DNA of 55,441 bases, from contig JADHVC010000003.1 in assembly GCA_016784175.1 (NCBI GenBank), positions 1 to 55,441 on the forward strand, written 5' to 3'. The notes under the pieces were generated by a model. It saw nothing but the letters and a program-made list of their open reading frames with translations. It had not been told where the DNA came from and did not search any database. How positions within the stretch are numbered: the stretch's first letter is position 1; each line of letters begins with the position of its first letter. A program made the position numbers and the translations under genes. Shown here piece after piece: positions 37,225 to 46,038 of the stretch. Source of the stretch: Patescibacteria group bacterium (GTDB lineage: Bacteria; Patescibacteriota; Patescibacteriia; Patescibacteriales; BS150m-G62).

Positions 37225-39657
37225 TTAAAAATCTCTTACTTTTGCGTCAAATCTTGACTCTAATTTAGCTATAATTTTTTTCTGTATCGCATCAATTTCA
37301 TCACCTTCTAAATTTCTGTCGGCCTGGTAACGAATGTGAAACGCCATACTTTTATTGTTCTTACCCAAACTTTCACCAGAATAAACATCGAACAGTTCGA
37401 GCGACTTTATTAACAGGTCAGTATCTTTTATTTCATTACTTACTTCATTATAAGATATTTTTTCATTTAATACAAATGATAAATCCCTCCATGCCGATGG
37501 GTACTTTTCTTGCTTTTTATAGGCCCTTTTCTCCAAACCTGCGACTAATTGCATAACAGCTGGAATACGCAACTCACAAACTACAATATGTTTTTTTAAA
37601 TTTAATTTCTTTTCCACATCAAGATTTATTACCGCAACAAATCCAAGGTCAATACCACTACAAAACACATTAGCGCACACCTCTTTATCACACCAAATAG
37701 GAACTTGTGTAGACTTCTGCCAAGAGACCTCTTTACAACCCAGCTCTACCAGCAAGTATTCAACAACACCTTTTAAAACTTCAAAATCTTTACCAGTATC
37801 ATTGTTACTTGCAAAACAAACCGAAAGTCTTTTTTCTTGATACGGTAATTTTTCTTCAGACTCACCACCCTTAGATAAATCACTTTCATGAGTTGAAAAA
37901 ACATTCCCAATCTCAAAAATTCTTATTTCATCAAAGCTCGCTTGGTTATTTTTTATATTACCTAAATTATTTGGGATTAAATTTTGCCTCAAATAAACAT
38001 GATCTTCGGATATAGGATTAGCAAGCTTTATGTGCTCGTTTGGATCTTTCCCACATTTGCTTAAATGACCAAAAGATGTAAACGAATAATTTTGTACTTC
38101 ACTGTAACCAGGAGCACCTGCTAATATCTTTTTAATAGTATAAACTAATGAAATTTCTGGCTCAATTATTGGACTAGAAAGTTCAGCATTCGGCATTTTT
38201 CTAATAATTTTATTATACCCATAGATTCTAGCCACCTCCTCTAAGATATCCTCTTTTATCGAAACATCTCTAAAACGCCATGTAGGCACAACAATGCTAA
38301 ATTCATTTTCAATATTTACCTCCACCTTAAAACCAAGCGCTTCCAATATTTGACCAACTTGTATCTTATCAATTTCAAAACCAATCGTACTTTTTAACCA
38401 ATTGTGACTAAATTTAATTACACTTAAATCTTGAGCAAAATTTTTCACATCAGTTATCTTTGTTTTAATATTTGAATTCGGACAAAGCTCTTTAACAAGC
38501 AACATCGCTCTATTAAGAGCTAATTCAGCTAAATTGGGGTCAATACCTTTTTCAAAACGCATTGATGACTCTGTACGTAAACCAAGCTTAGAAGATGTTT
38601 TTCTAACAGTAATATTATTAAAATTAGCAGATTCGAAAATAATATCGCTTGTTTGTCCAGTAATCTGTGAGCTAACACTACCCATCACACCAGCTAAGGC
38701 AACTGGGACATTTAAATTTGCTATGACTAAGTCATTATCATCTAATTTTCTTGACTCACCGTCCAAGGTTTCAATAACTTCGTCTGCATGAGCATTACGA
38801 ATAACAATATTTACTTGCTCATCGGCACCTCCTTTTACCAAATTATAATCAAAAGCGTGCATTGGTTGACCAATTTCAAGCATTATATAATTAGTTATAT
38901 CAACAATATTGTTAATTGGCCTAACACCCGAAGAAATAAGTCTTTTTTTAAGCCACCAAGGAGACTCTACAATATCAACATCTGCAATTTGAACTGCCAT
39001 ATATCTAGCACAATCGTGAGTATTCTCTAATTTTACATTAATTACCGAATCACTTTCTACTAGCATTGCCGGTTTATTATAATCCTTTAGTAATCCGCTA
39101 GTAATTATCGAAACTTCTCGAGCAATACCAATATAGCCCCAAAGATCAGGTCTATTTGTTAATGATTTATTATCTATCTCTAAAATATAGTCATCTAACT
39201 CCAATAATTCATAAATCTGTTGACCAACTTTGGCATTATTTTCTAGAATAAATATGCCCGAGTGATCCTCCCCAAGTTTAAGTTCTTTTTGCGAACAAAG
39301 CATTCCATAAGAATTTTCTCCTCTTATCTTGGTCTGTTTAATTACCATACCATCTGGCAATATCGCTCCTAATAAAGCCACTGGAACCAATTGTCCAACT
39401 TCAATATTTTGAGCGCCACAAATGATTTCCAAGTTGTCGCCTCCAGCATCTATTGTAACTTTCTGTAATTTGTCTGCATCAGGATGAGGACCGATCGAAA
39501 TAATTTTTCCTACTATTATATTTTTGTATTGCTCTCTTTGACTAATAACATCATCAATTTCAACAACGTGTAAACTTAACAAATCAGCCAAATCTTGTGG
39601 TGTAATATTCTTGGGAATTTCTACGTATTCACGTAGCCAATTCAATGATAGATACAT
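37225..39657 (-). CDS. pheT: Phenylalanyl-tRNA synthetase beta subunit
   Basis: N-terminus MYLSLNWLREYV, tRNA-binding OB domain (GKIISIGPHPDADKL), then B3/4, B5 and FDX-ACB regions. 810 aa. Confidence 0.95.
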   Translation of the reverse strand: MYLSLNWLREYVEIPKNITPQDLADLLSLHVVEIDDVISQREQYKNIIVGKIISIGPHPDADKLQKVTIDAGGDNLEIICGAQNIEVGQLVPVALLGAILPDGMVIKQTKIRGENSYGMLCSQKELKLGEDHSGIFILENNAKVGQQIYELLELDDYILEIDNKSLTNRPDLWGYIGIAREVSIITSGLLKDYNKPAMLVESDSVINVKLENTHDCARYMAVQIADVDIVESPWWLKKRLISSGVRPINNIVDITNYIMLEIGQPMHAFDYNLVKGGADEQVNIVIRNAHADEVIETLDGESRKLDDNDLVIANLNVPVALAGVMGSVSSQITGQTSDIIFESANFNNITVRKTSSKLGLRTESSMRFEKGIDPNLAELALNRAMLLVKELCPNSNIKTKITDVKNFAQDLSVIKFSHNWLKSTIGFEIDKIQVGQILEALGFKVEVNIENEFSIVVPTWRFRDVSIKEDILEEVARIYGYNKIIRKMPNAELSSPIIEPEISLVYTIKKILAGAPGYSEVQNYSFTSFGHLSKCGKDPNEHIKLANPISEDHVYLRQNLIPNNLGNIKNNQASFDEIRIFEIGNVFSTHESDLSKGGESEEKLPYQEKRLSVCFASNNDTGKDFEVLKGVVEYLLVELGCKEVSWQKSTQVPIWCDKEVCANVFCSGIDLGFVAVINLDVEKKLNLKKHIVVCELRIPAVMQLVAGLEKRAYKKQEKYPSAWRDLSFVLNEKISYNEVSNEIKDTDLLIKSLELFDVYSGESLGKNNKSMAFHIRYQADRNLEGDEIDAIQKKIIAKLESRFDAKVRDF

Positions 39658-39833
39658 AATTATATTTTTTAATCTTATGCATATATTTTAATTTAATTTT
39701 TGCTAAATTGCAATAAATTCGTGACATTTAATGCCTAAGTACATATTATAATCACAACCTTGATATTATGTAATTGATTGGATAAAATTATACAAGAGAT
39801 AAGTGAATAAATAATGGATCAAAGTTAATAAAC

Positions 39834-40949
39834 ATGGTGGAAATATACGAAAAAGTTAAAAAAACCATAGACGAATCGCAAAACATTGCAATAATTTTTA
39901 ATAGTAATTTTGAAGACGAATATTTGTGTGCCGCTTTGGCTTATTTTGTTTACCTAAAAAAAAATAAAAAAAATGTAGCTATTTTTACCAGCAATAATCA
40001 AGCTACAATTAATAATAAGTTTAGTTTTTTACCTCACTTTAGTGACATAAATAAACCTGAACGAGAGCAAGATTATGTTGTTAAAATAAATATTCCGAAA
40101 GAAAGTATAAAGAAAATCAAATATAAAACTGACGATAATGGCGTAAAATTTATTATATCGCATCTAACGCAGCATTTAAAATCCATAGAACTTAAAGCAG
40201 TATGTGGATTTGAGTATGACTGCGTAATATACATTGGAATTCAAGACGAAAAATATATTCAAAACCAACTCTTTAATAAAGATATATTGTTATCGACTAA
40301 ATCAGTACTAAATTTTGATTATAATAAGAATAATGTGATAAAAGGAACAGCAAATTATATCGACACAGCCACAAACTCAATAGCCGAAATAATTTATAAA
40401 ATTTTAGATCATGAAAATTCAATCAATACTGACACGGCCACCTGTCTACTAACATCCATAATTGCAAGAACAAATTACTTTAGAAATCAATATGTAAGCG
40501 CAAATATTTTAAAATTAAGCGCTACATTGATGCAGCACGGTGCGAACAAAGAACATATTATCAATAAACTACATGAACCACGCGAAATAAAACTAATTCA
40601 AGAGTGGGGACAACATCTCTTAAATTTACAAAGCTCTCACAATAACCAGGTTGCATGGTTTCAAGTTAATAGTGTAAGCCAAAACCATGAACCATATATT
40701 ATCGAGCTCGTTGATGAGTTAATTGTAACTGCAAAGGGGGTTAAAATTATCGTAGTGTTTTACGAAATAATATATAACAACATAAATAAGTCGTGTGCTC
40801 TGCTATTTGCAAATAATGGCTTTAGCTTTAATAAGACAGCAATAGCAGGGGAATGCTTCGCAAATAATAAAGTAGCTAAAGTAACTTCAGAAACAAAAAT
40901 TGAAGAATTAACAACTAAAGTGCTAGATATGATTGGGAAGCTTATCTAA
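39834..40949 (+). CDS. DHH/DHHA1-like (NrnA-like) protein with degenerate catalytic motifs
   Basis: Layout resembles NrnA-type phosphoesterases, but the motif positions read NSNFEDE (expected H..D.D), FDYN (expected DHH) and AGECF (expected GGGH). Assignment is by resemblance only. Confidence 0.4.
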   Translation: MVEIYEKVKKTIDESQNIAIIFNSNFEDEYLCAALAYFVYLKKNKKNVAIFTSNNQATINNKFSFLPHFSDINKPEREQDYVVKINIPKESIKKIKYKTDDNGVKFIISHLTQHLKSIELKAVCGFEYDCVIYIGIQDEKYIQNQLFNKDILLSTKSVLNFDYNKNNVIKGTANYIDTATNSIAEIIYKILDHENSINTDTATCLLTSIIARTNYFRNQYVSANILKLSATLMQHGANKEHIINKLHEPREIKLIQEWGQHLLNLQSSHNNQVAWFQVNSVSQNHEPYIIELVDELIVTAKGVKIIVVFYEIIYNNINKSCALLFANNGFSFNKTAIAGECFANNKVAKVTSETKIEELTTKVLDMIGKLI

Positions 40950-40981
40950 AAAAAGCGCCTATTGCATTGTACAATGGGCGC
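40948..40981 (-). terminator. Terminator hairpin between convergent genes
   Basis: 10-bp stem GCGCCTATTG (40955-40964) / CAATGGGCGC (40972-40981) with one G-T pair. A T-run follows on the - strand (A-run 40948-40954 on +). Confidence 0.65.
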
Positions 40982-40992
40982 GTGTTAACAGA

Positions 40993-41328
40993 CTAATTAA
41001 TTTGATTATCAATAACTATATTTTGTACTTCCTTAAGAAGAACTCGCTCTAATTCCAAGGAAACCTCTTTTAAGTTTTCTCCGATATAGATACGAACATC
41101 TTGAGCGGTCGCATTAGAAGCTATTTTTACCAAGATTCCACCCTGCATCGCCATAAATTTAATTCTAGGCTTCTTAGTGCTTAATCCAGTTTTAATAATT
41201 CCTGGTACAATATTTTTCACTTCTGACATCACACAAGCAAGCATACAAACCAGCTCAGCCTCTTTTGATGAAACAGTAGTGTGGCGACGAGAAAATTTCT
41301 TTCCAGCGACTTTACCTTTAATATTCAT
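40993..41328 (-). CDS. Hypothetical protein (111 aa)
   Basis: ORF with the SD AAGGAGAAG upstream of the ATG at 41328. No recognised family. Confidence 0.6.
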   Translation of the reverse strand: MNIKGKVAGKKFSRRHTTVSSKEAELVCMLACVMSEVKNIVPGIIKTGLSTKKPRIKFMAMQGGILVKIASNATAQDVRIYIGENLKEVSLELERVLLKEVQNIVIDNQIN

Positions 41329-41402
41329 CGACTTCTCCTTTATAAAATACTATTAAGTAGTATACAATATATAACATAAAAAATATAATTATGCAATTTT
41401 GT

Positions 41403-41448
41403 AAAAAAATAGGGAAGAATTTTTAAGCTATTGTTTAGCCTCTTCCCC
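41403..41448 (-). terminator. Candidate terminator after the GGDEF-EAL gene
   Basis: Stem GGGAAGA (41412-41418) / TCTTCCC (41441-41447) with a long loop. A T-run follows on the - strand. Confidence 0.45.
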
Positions 41449-41493
41449 TTATTATATTTTTTATTTTACTTGCGCCTTGCGGTACAAATTTTT

Positions 41494-43449
41494 TTATTTT
41501 TCTGGCTTAAGCCAACATTCTAAAGAACCCTTTGTTGTTTGATGCTCTAAAAGCTTTTCAAGCTCCATGCTCGTAACCGCAGGGGCACAAAAAAAGCCTT
41601 GAAATAAGTCTCCATTTCCAACGAGCGGCTTTAAGAGTGATATTTGCTCACAAGTCTCGATTCCCTCAATAATCACTGAAAGTCCAAGATTATGAACTAA
41701 ATTAATAACACTTGAAACAAAACTTATACCTTCTTCTACCACATCCTTAACAAAATATCGATCAATTTTAATCGCAGTAAAAATTCCACTCTTAACTGCG
41801 ATGAGATTCGAATTTTGCGTTCCAAAATCATCAAGGTGAAGCTCTGTGCCAAGATCCGCTAATCGCATCATTCTTTGAGCAATTACTGGAGTAATAAGGT
41901 ATGACTCTGTAAACTCCAAAACAAGAATATTAGGATTAATTTCGCTTCTAGCAATTTCCATGAAAAGATTGTTTACAAAGGTTGGGTTTTCAAACTCCTT
42001 ACCTGAAACATTAAGACTCACCTTAATTTCTATTTTCATATTTTCCCAGACTTTAATCTGTGCGCATACTATCTGGACTACCAAATTACCAAGCGAAATA
42101 ATTAAGCTACTACTTTCTGCCACAGCGATAAACTCAACTGGAGAAATATAACCACCCGTATTTGGGTCAATTAAACGCATTAATGCTTCGCAACTCACAA
42201 TCTCCCCACTCACATCCACTTGAGGTTGATAGTGCACCAATATACTTCTATTCTCTATTGCCTTACTCAAAATGCTTCTTACATAAGCACTTCTAATCTC
42301 AGCTGCTGTCATAGAAACATTAAAGCATCGATAAACCCCCTGCGGTGAGCTATGTTGCTCAGATTTACCATTTCCTTTAGCTTGATACATCGCAATATCA
42401 GCATTCTTAAGAAGTTCTGTAGCATCATTTCCGTTAATGGGATAAAACGAAATACCAATACTAAGCTTTATTTGCATTTGATTTTCATTAAATACAAATT
42501 CTGGTGCCATTACTTCCATTATTTTTTGAGCAATCGCTTTCGCTTGTTCATGGTTATCGACGTAAACAATTATTGTAAATTCATCACCCCCAATACGAGC
42601 CAATAAATCCTCTTGGCGCAAAACACTATTAACTCTTTTAACGAACTCCTTTAATAATGCATCTCCTGCATCATGTCCAAGATTATCATTAACCCACTTA
42701 AAGCGATCCAAATCAATCACAAAAACGGCAAACTTAAAATTATGTCTTTTTGCCGCCGATATTACTTGTTTTAGTTGATCAAAAAAAGCTTCCCTGTTCG
42801 AAATACCGGTTAAAGCATCACGATAAGCGATCTCTTTAAACTTAAATAGTGGAAGCAAATTTACCCTACTAAACAGATAACTCACCAGGAGCATAAAAAT
42901 TAATGACGCAATTGCAGCCCACAAAAAAGGAGACCTTATCTCTGACATATTCATTTTTGCGACTATACCTACCACATCGCTATTAATATCAACAAATCCA
43001 AACGCCACCAACTCTTCAATTCTATTATCAGAGCTAATAACTACGCCACTTTGCTTTTTAAGCGCATTCCTCATTGGCATAATTATAGGTTCGCCATGAT
43101 AAAAACTTTCTGCGATACCAGCCTCAAAGTGCTCATCATGATTATGGTGAAAAAAAAATCGCGTTTTATTTCCGCGCTTTAATGCCATCTGTAATTCAAT
43201 ATTCTCGTATTCTCCCAACTCACTATGAGATTCAACTACGGATAACAATTTTTCTATACCGGTATTTTTTATAATACGAATATGAGAGTTTACCACTATT
43301 TCAAGTAAATGCTCCTGTTGACGAAATGCTATATTGTAAAATATAGCAATAATTATGGTAGTTACTAAAAACAAAACTAAATTCATTGTTGCTATTGTTT
43401 TTAGCTCAGATGAAACTTTACTCACACGAACTTCAGACATTAAATTCAC
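41494..43449 (-). CDS. Membrane-anchored GGDEF-EAL protein (diguanylate cyclase/phosphodiesterase)
   Basis: Two TM helices flank a ~150-aa N-terminal sensor region. GGDEF domain (RDALTGISNR, GHDAGDALL, RIGGDEFTI). EAL domain (CEALMRL, DDFGTQNS, KIDRYFV, EGIETCEQ). Confidence 0.92.
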   Translation of the reverse strand: MNLMSEVRVSKVSSELKTIATMNLVLFLVTTIIIAIFYNIAFRQQEHLLEIVVNSHIRIIKNTGIEKLLSVVESHSELGEYENIELQMALKRGNKTRFFFHHNHDEHFEAGIAESFYHGEPIIMPMRNALKKQSGVVISSDNRIEELVAFGFVDINSDVVGIVAKMNMSEIRSPFLWAAIASLIFMLLVSYLFSRVNLLPLFKFKEIAYRDALTGISNREAFFDQLKQVISAAKRHNFKFAVFVIDLDRFKWVNDNLGHDAGDALLKEFVKRVNSVLRQEDLLARIGGDEFTIIVYVDNHEQAKAIAQKIMEVMAPEFVFNENQMQIKLSIGISFYPINGNDATELLKNADIAMYQAKGNGKSEQHSSPQGVYRCFNVSMTAAEIRSAYVRSILSKAIENRSILVHYQPQVDVSGEIVSCEALMRLIDPNTGGYISPVEFIAVAESSSLIISLGNLVVQIVCAQIKVWENMKIEIKVSLNVSGKEFENPTFVNNLFMEIARSEINPNILVLEFTESYLITPVIAQRMMRLADLGTELHLDDFGTQNSNLIAVKSGIFTAIKIDRYFVKDVVEEGISFVSSVINLVHNLGLSVIIEGIETCEQISLLKPLVGNGDLFQGFFCAPAVTSMELEKLLEHQTTKGSLECWLKPEK

Positions 43450-43710
43450 TTCCCTTATAAATTGTTAATGAACGATAACACTTTATATAAAGACTACATC
43501 ATGTAGTATTTTTTTTCAATCCCTACGGTAAAGTACTGATAACCAATCAAAATAACCCAAAGAATAAAACTATTTTTCATACCAGTCTCGTATCCATCTA
43601 ACTATATCCACAAAAAGTGTTTACTCAAAAGAATACGCACTCTATTTGTAATGCAATAAAAAAAAGTAGTTAGGGATACCGAACACACAAAAATACGCAC
43701 TACTTAAATG

Positions 43711-43899
43711 CTAACTGCTCACTATGTCTGCATTATTTTTGAGCGCATATGGAATATGTAGTAATTTTTCGCAGAATTTAACTTAAAAAATTTTATGTTT
43801 GAGTGAAGCGAGTTTAAAATTTTTGTTAAATTGTGCATAAAAAATTGCCCAATATTCCATCCCAAGCGAAAAAGTGATGCAGACATAGTGAGCAGTTAC
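43711..43899 (+). repeat. ~189-nt palindromic intergenic repeat, copy 6
   Basis: Flanked by a perfect 8-bp direct repeat CTTAAATG (43703-43710 and 43900-43907). The terminal arms CTAACTGCTCACTATGTCTGCAT and ATGCAGACATAGTGAGCAGTTAC pair at 22 of 23 positions. Confidence 0.93.
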
Positions 43900-43984
43900 C
43901 TTAAATGCTATTGTTTTTTTTAGTAAATATGATTTACTATAATGAATCGCAATGTTCTTTAAATATACTTAAAAGGAGAAACGG

Positions 43985-44449
43985 GTGAAAATTATTTTTT
44001 TGCAAACCGGTGGGACAATTGATAAAGATTACAAGGCAAATAAAAAAAATCATGGATACAATTTTGAAATTCATAAACCTGCCGTTAAGTTCATTTTACA
44101 TGCACTTAAACCAAAATTTAAATATAAAATATTAACTGTCTGTAAAAAAGATAGTTTATATCTAACAGATAATGACAGGCAAAGAATTCTTCACCAATGC
44201 CAAAAAATAAAAGCCAAAAAGATCATCATTACTCATGGAACAGATACATTTAAAAAAACTGCCGAGCAACTCAGCCAAATTACAGACAAGGCTATTATTT
44301 TAACTGGCGCTATGGTGCCTGCAAGATTCGTTGATACGGACGCTATCTTCAATATAGGCGTTGCAATAGGTGCTATAAACAATATAAAAAATGGAGTCTA
44401 TATATCTATTGGTGGTATCACATACCCTTGGGACGATTATAACCCATAA
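43985..44449 (+). CDS. Asparaginase-family N-terminal-domain protein (154 aa)
   Basis: GTG start after the SD AAGGAGAA. Carries the signature motifs FLQTGGTIDK (TGGTI) and ITHGTDT. Only about half the length of type I/II asparaginases. Confidence 0.7.
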   Translation: MKIIFLQTGGTIDKDYKANKKNHGYNFEIHKPAVKFILHALKPKFKYKILTVCKKDSLYLTDNDRQRILHQCQKIKAKKIIITHGTDTFKKTAEQLSQITDKAIILTGAMVPARFVDTDAIFNIGVAIGAINNIKNGVYISIGGITYPWDDYNP

Positions 44450-44469
44450 TATAACACCAATAATCCCAA

Positions 44470-44499
44470 GGCTCAACATTCATTTGTTGGGCTTTTTTC
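44470..44499 (+). terminator. Rho-independent terminator after the asparaginase-like gene
   Basis: Stem GGCTCAAC (44470-44477) / GTTGGGCT (44486-44493) with two G-T pairs, followed by TTTTTTC. Confidence 0.6.
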
Positions 44500-44669
44500 T
44501 TGAACCAAATCGCCACTCTTATGCGGGAAATTAGCTAGGTTCAACCTGATTGGTCCTTGATAAACTGAACTGGTAGGTTAACGAAAAGTTAAGCCACTAA
44601 AATTTGCAAAATTTCAATAAAAATAGTATCATATATTATTCATTTAAAATTTGTAATTTTTAGTAAAAT

Positions 44670-44780
44670 ATGGATAATCCAACAATAAGCTCAAAAAAGA
44701 AAAAAAGCTACACACCAGAGTTTAAATTAAAGTTAGCAATTGAAGCAAATGAACTACCCCGCAGCAAGCTGACGGGGTAG
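44670..44780 (+). pseudogene. IS3-family transposase OrfA N-terminal fragment
   Basis: My translation gives MDNPTISSKKKKSYTPEFKLKLAIEANELPRSKLTG-stop. YTPEFKLKLAIEA matches the HTH start of IS3/IS911-type OrfA. It is cut off after 36 codons. Confidence 0.5.
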
Positions 44781-44783
44781 TTC
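44751..44783. other. GC-rich perfect hairpin at the junction of two mobile-gene fragments
   Basis: GAACTACCCCG (44751-44761) / CGGGGTAGTTC (44773-44783) form an 11 perfect bp stem. The loop CAGCAAGCTGA can extend the stem by CAG/CTG. Confidence 0.6.
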
Positions 44784-44791
44784 ATTTTGAT

Positions 44792-45235
44792 ATGAGGGCG
44801 GATAATGAAATATCAAAAGAACAATACGCAAAAAAGAAAAAAATTATTGAAAACAACATTAACCATTATTAATCGCTAATAGAAAAACTGGAAAATGAAA
44901 AAAAAGAACAAAAAGAAAAAAACATTAAATATTTTGAATTTGCTACTAATTTAAAGAAAAAGTTTGAAAATGGTACGCCGGAACTTAAAAAAAGAATTGC
45001 TTTAAATTTAGGTTCAAACCTGTCAATAAAGGATAGAAAAGCCCATTTTTGCTTAGACTTTCCTTTACGACCCTTTGAAAAGTATGCTCCAAGAGTAAAG
45101 CAAGAAATATCTATGGTTCAAACCAATGAAAAACCTTTGTTTAAAACACAAAACACCTCTTTGCAAGGTGCTTGTATCAGTATGCAGAGGCTAGTAGACG
45201 TTATTAGAACTGAGATTATGAATAATTTAAACTAA
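44792..45235 (+). pseudogene. C-terminal remnant of a large serine recombinase, with an in-frame stop
   Basis: Frame reads ...EISKEQYAKKKKIIENNINHY-TAA-SLIEKLENEKKEQ...FEFATNLKKKFENGTPELKKRIALNLGSNLSIKDRKAHFCLDFPLRPFEK.... The F.FA...F..G..E.KK.I...LGSNL.L.D.K pattern resembles the tails of recombinase-family proteins. The catalytic N-terminal domain is absent. Confidence 0.5.
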
Positions 45236-45304
45236 ATTTCCTACGACTATATAATAACATAGTCCTTAATCTTAAAAATTTCTTTTTCTGAATTTACCAA
45301 ATTA

Positions 45305-45722
45305 TTATTTTGATAAACTCGGAAAAGGAGGGATTGTAGCGGTATACAATCCCATAATGATAATCACCGAAAAATCCGCTTCGGTCCAGTTGTTGTCAGC
45401 TGAGGTTTTTTCGAACCTCATCAAGGGCAGACTGCATAGCAATCCGATCTTCCACGGAAGGGCCACAACCGCTGACATCATCTTCATCTTCAAAAAAAGG
45501 ATACTTCCCGAAAACAGCCTTTCCATCTTTGCTGATTCCACCATGGAGATACTCTTCACCGCCGTCTATTCCGACAACGAGGTTGTCTTTAGGAGCGGAG
45601 GCCCACAGAGTTTGGGTTGCCCCTCCCTCTAAATGAACGATACTGGTTTCGTAGACCAACACTTGATGGTCATGTTTTTTTCCGCCCTTATTAATCGTGT
45701 CCCACACCAACTGACTCTTCAT
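45305..45722 (-). pseudogene. High-GC hypothetical gene disrupted by a frameshift at a homopolymer
   Basis: ATG at 45722 with the SD GGGGGAGA upstream. The 108-aa frame stops at 45396, and a -1 shift (dropping one base) at the A6/T6 run (45406-45411) continues into the 84-aa-ORF frame down to 45305. Local GC is visibly far above the window background. Confidence 0.5.
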
Positions 45723-46038
45723 GCCATTTTTCTCCCCCGTTTATTCGACTGGCGAGGAGCTCTAATAATAAAGTTAAACTTCTGAGTACTAGCTTTAGTT
45801 GTAACAATTAAATTACATCCAAGGCTAGTACCCAGAAAACAACAACTGAATTTTAAAGAACAATTCTCTTTGTCTTTTACAAAGAGATAATTAAATACAA
45901 AAGTGAATTGAATTCTTATATTTAATTATCTTTTTGGAATTAATCGTGATGTTATCTTAACATATTATATTAATAATGTCAATAGCATTAGACAATAATC
46001 ACTACTGTCCGGTAGAAATTTTGGCGAAGCCAAAATTG

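Noticed and set aside
43631-43710. Local direct repeat AATACGCACT... (43635 and 43693 regions) next to repeat copy 6
   Set aside because: It is a short imperfect duplication in AT-rich intergenic DNA with no second feature to tie it to. Only the 8-bp CTTAAATG is mirrored across the element.
44450-44670. Search for an attL-type direct repeat of the tRNA-Trp 3' end at the left edge of the mobile-DNA region, and TGAACC... (44511) as an IS3 left inverted repeat
   Set aside because: No convincing match to CAGGGGTGGCAGGAATCGAACCC was seen by eye. The TGAACC start is compatible with IS3-type ends but lies about 160 nt from the orfA fragment, and there is no right end to pair it with. The evidence is insufficient.
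44751-44790. Hairpin GAACTACCCCG...CGGGGTAGTTC as a group II intron domain V
   Set aside because: The length (33 nt) and the single-bulge-plus-tetraloop shape are reminiscent of domain V. However, the catalytic AGC triad is absent (it reads GAAC), the loop is CAAG rather than GNRA, no convincing domain VI follows, and no reverse transcriptase ORF lies upstream.
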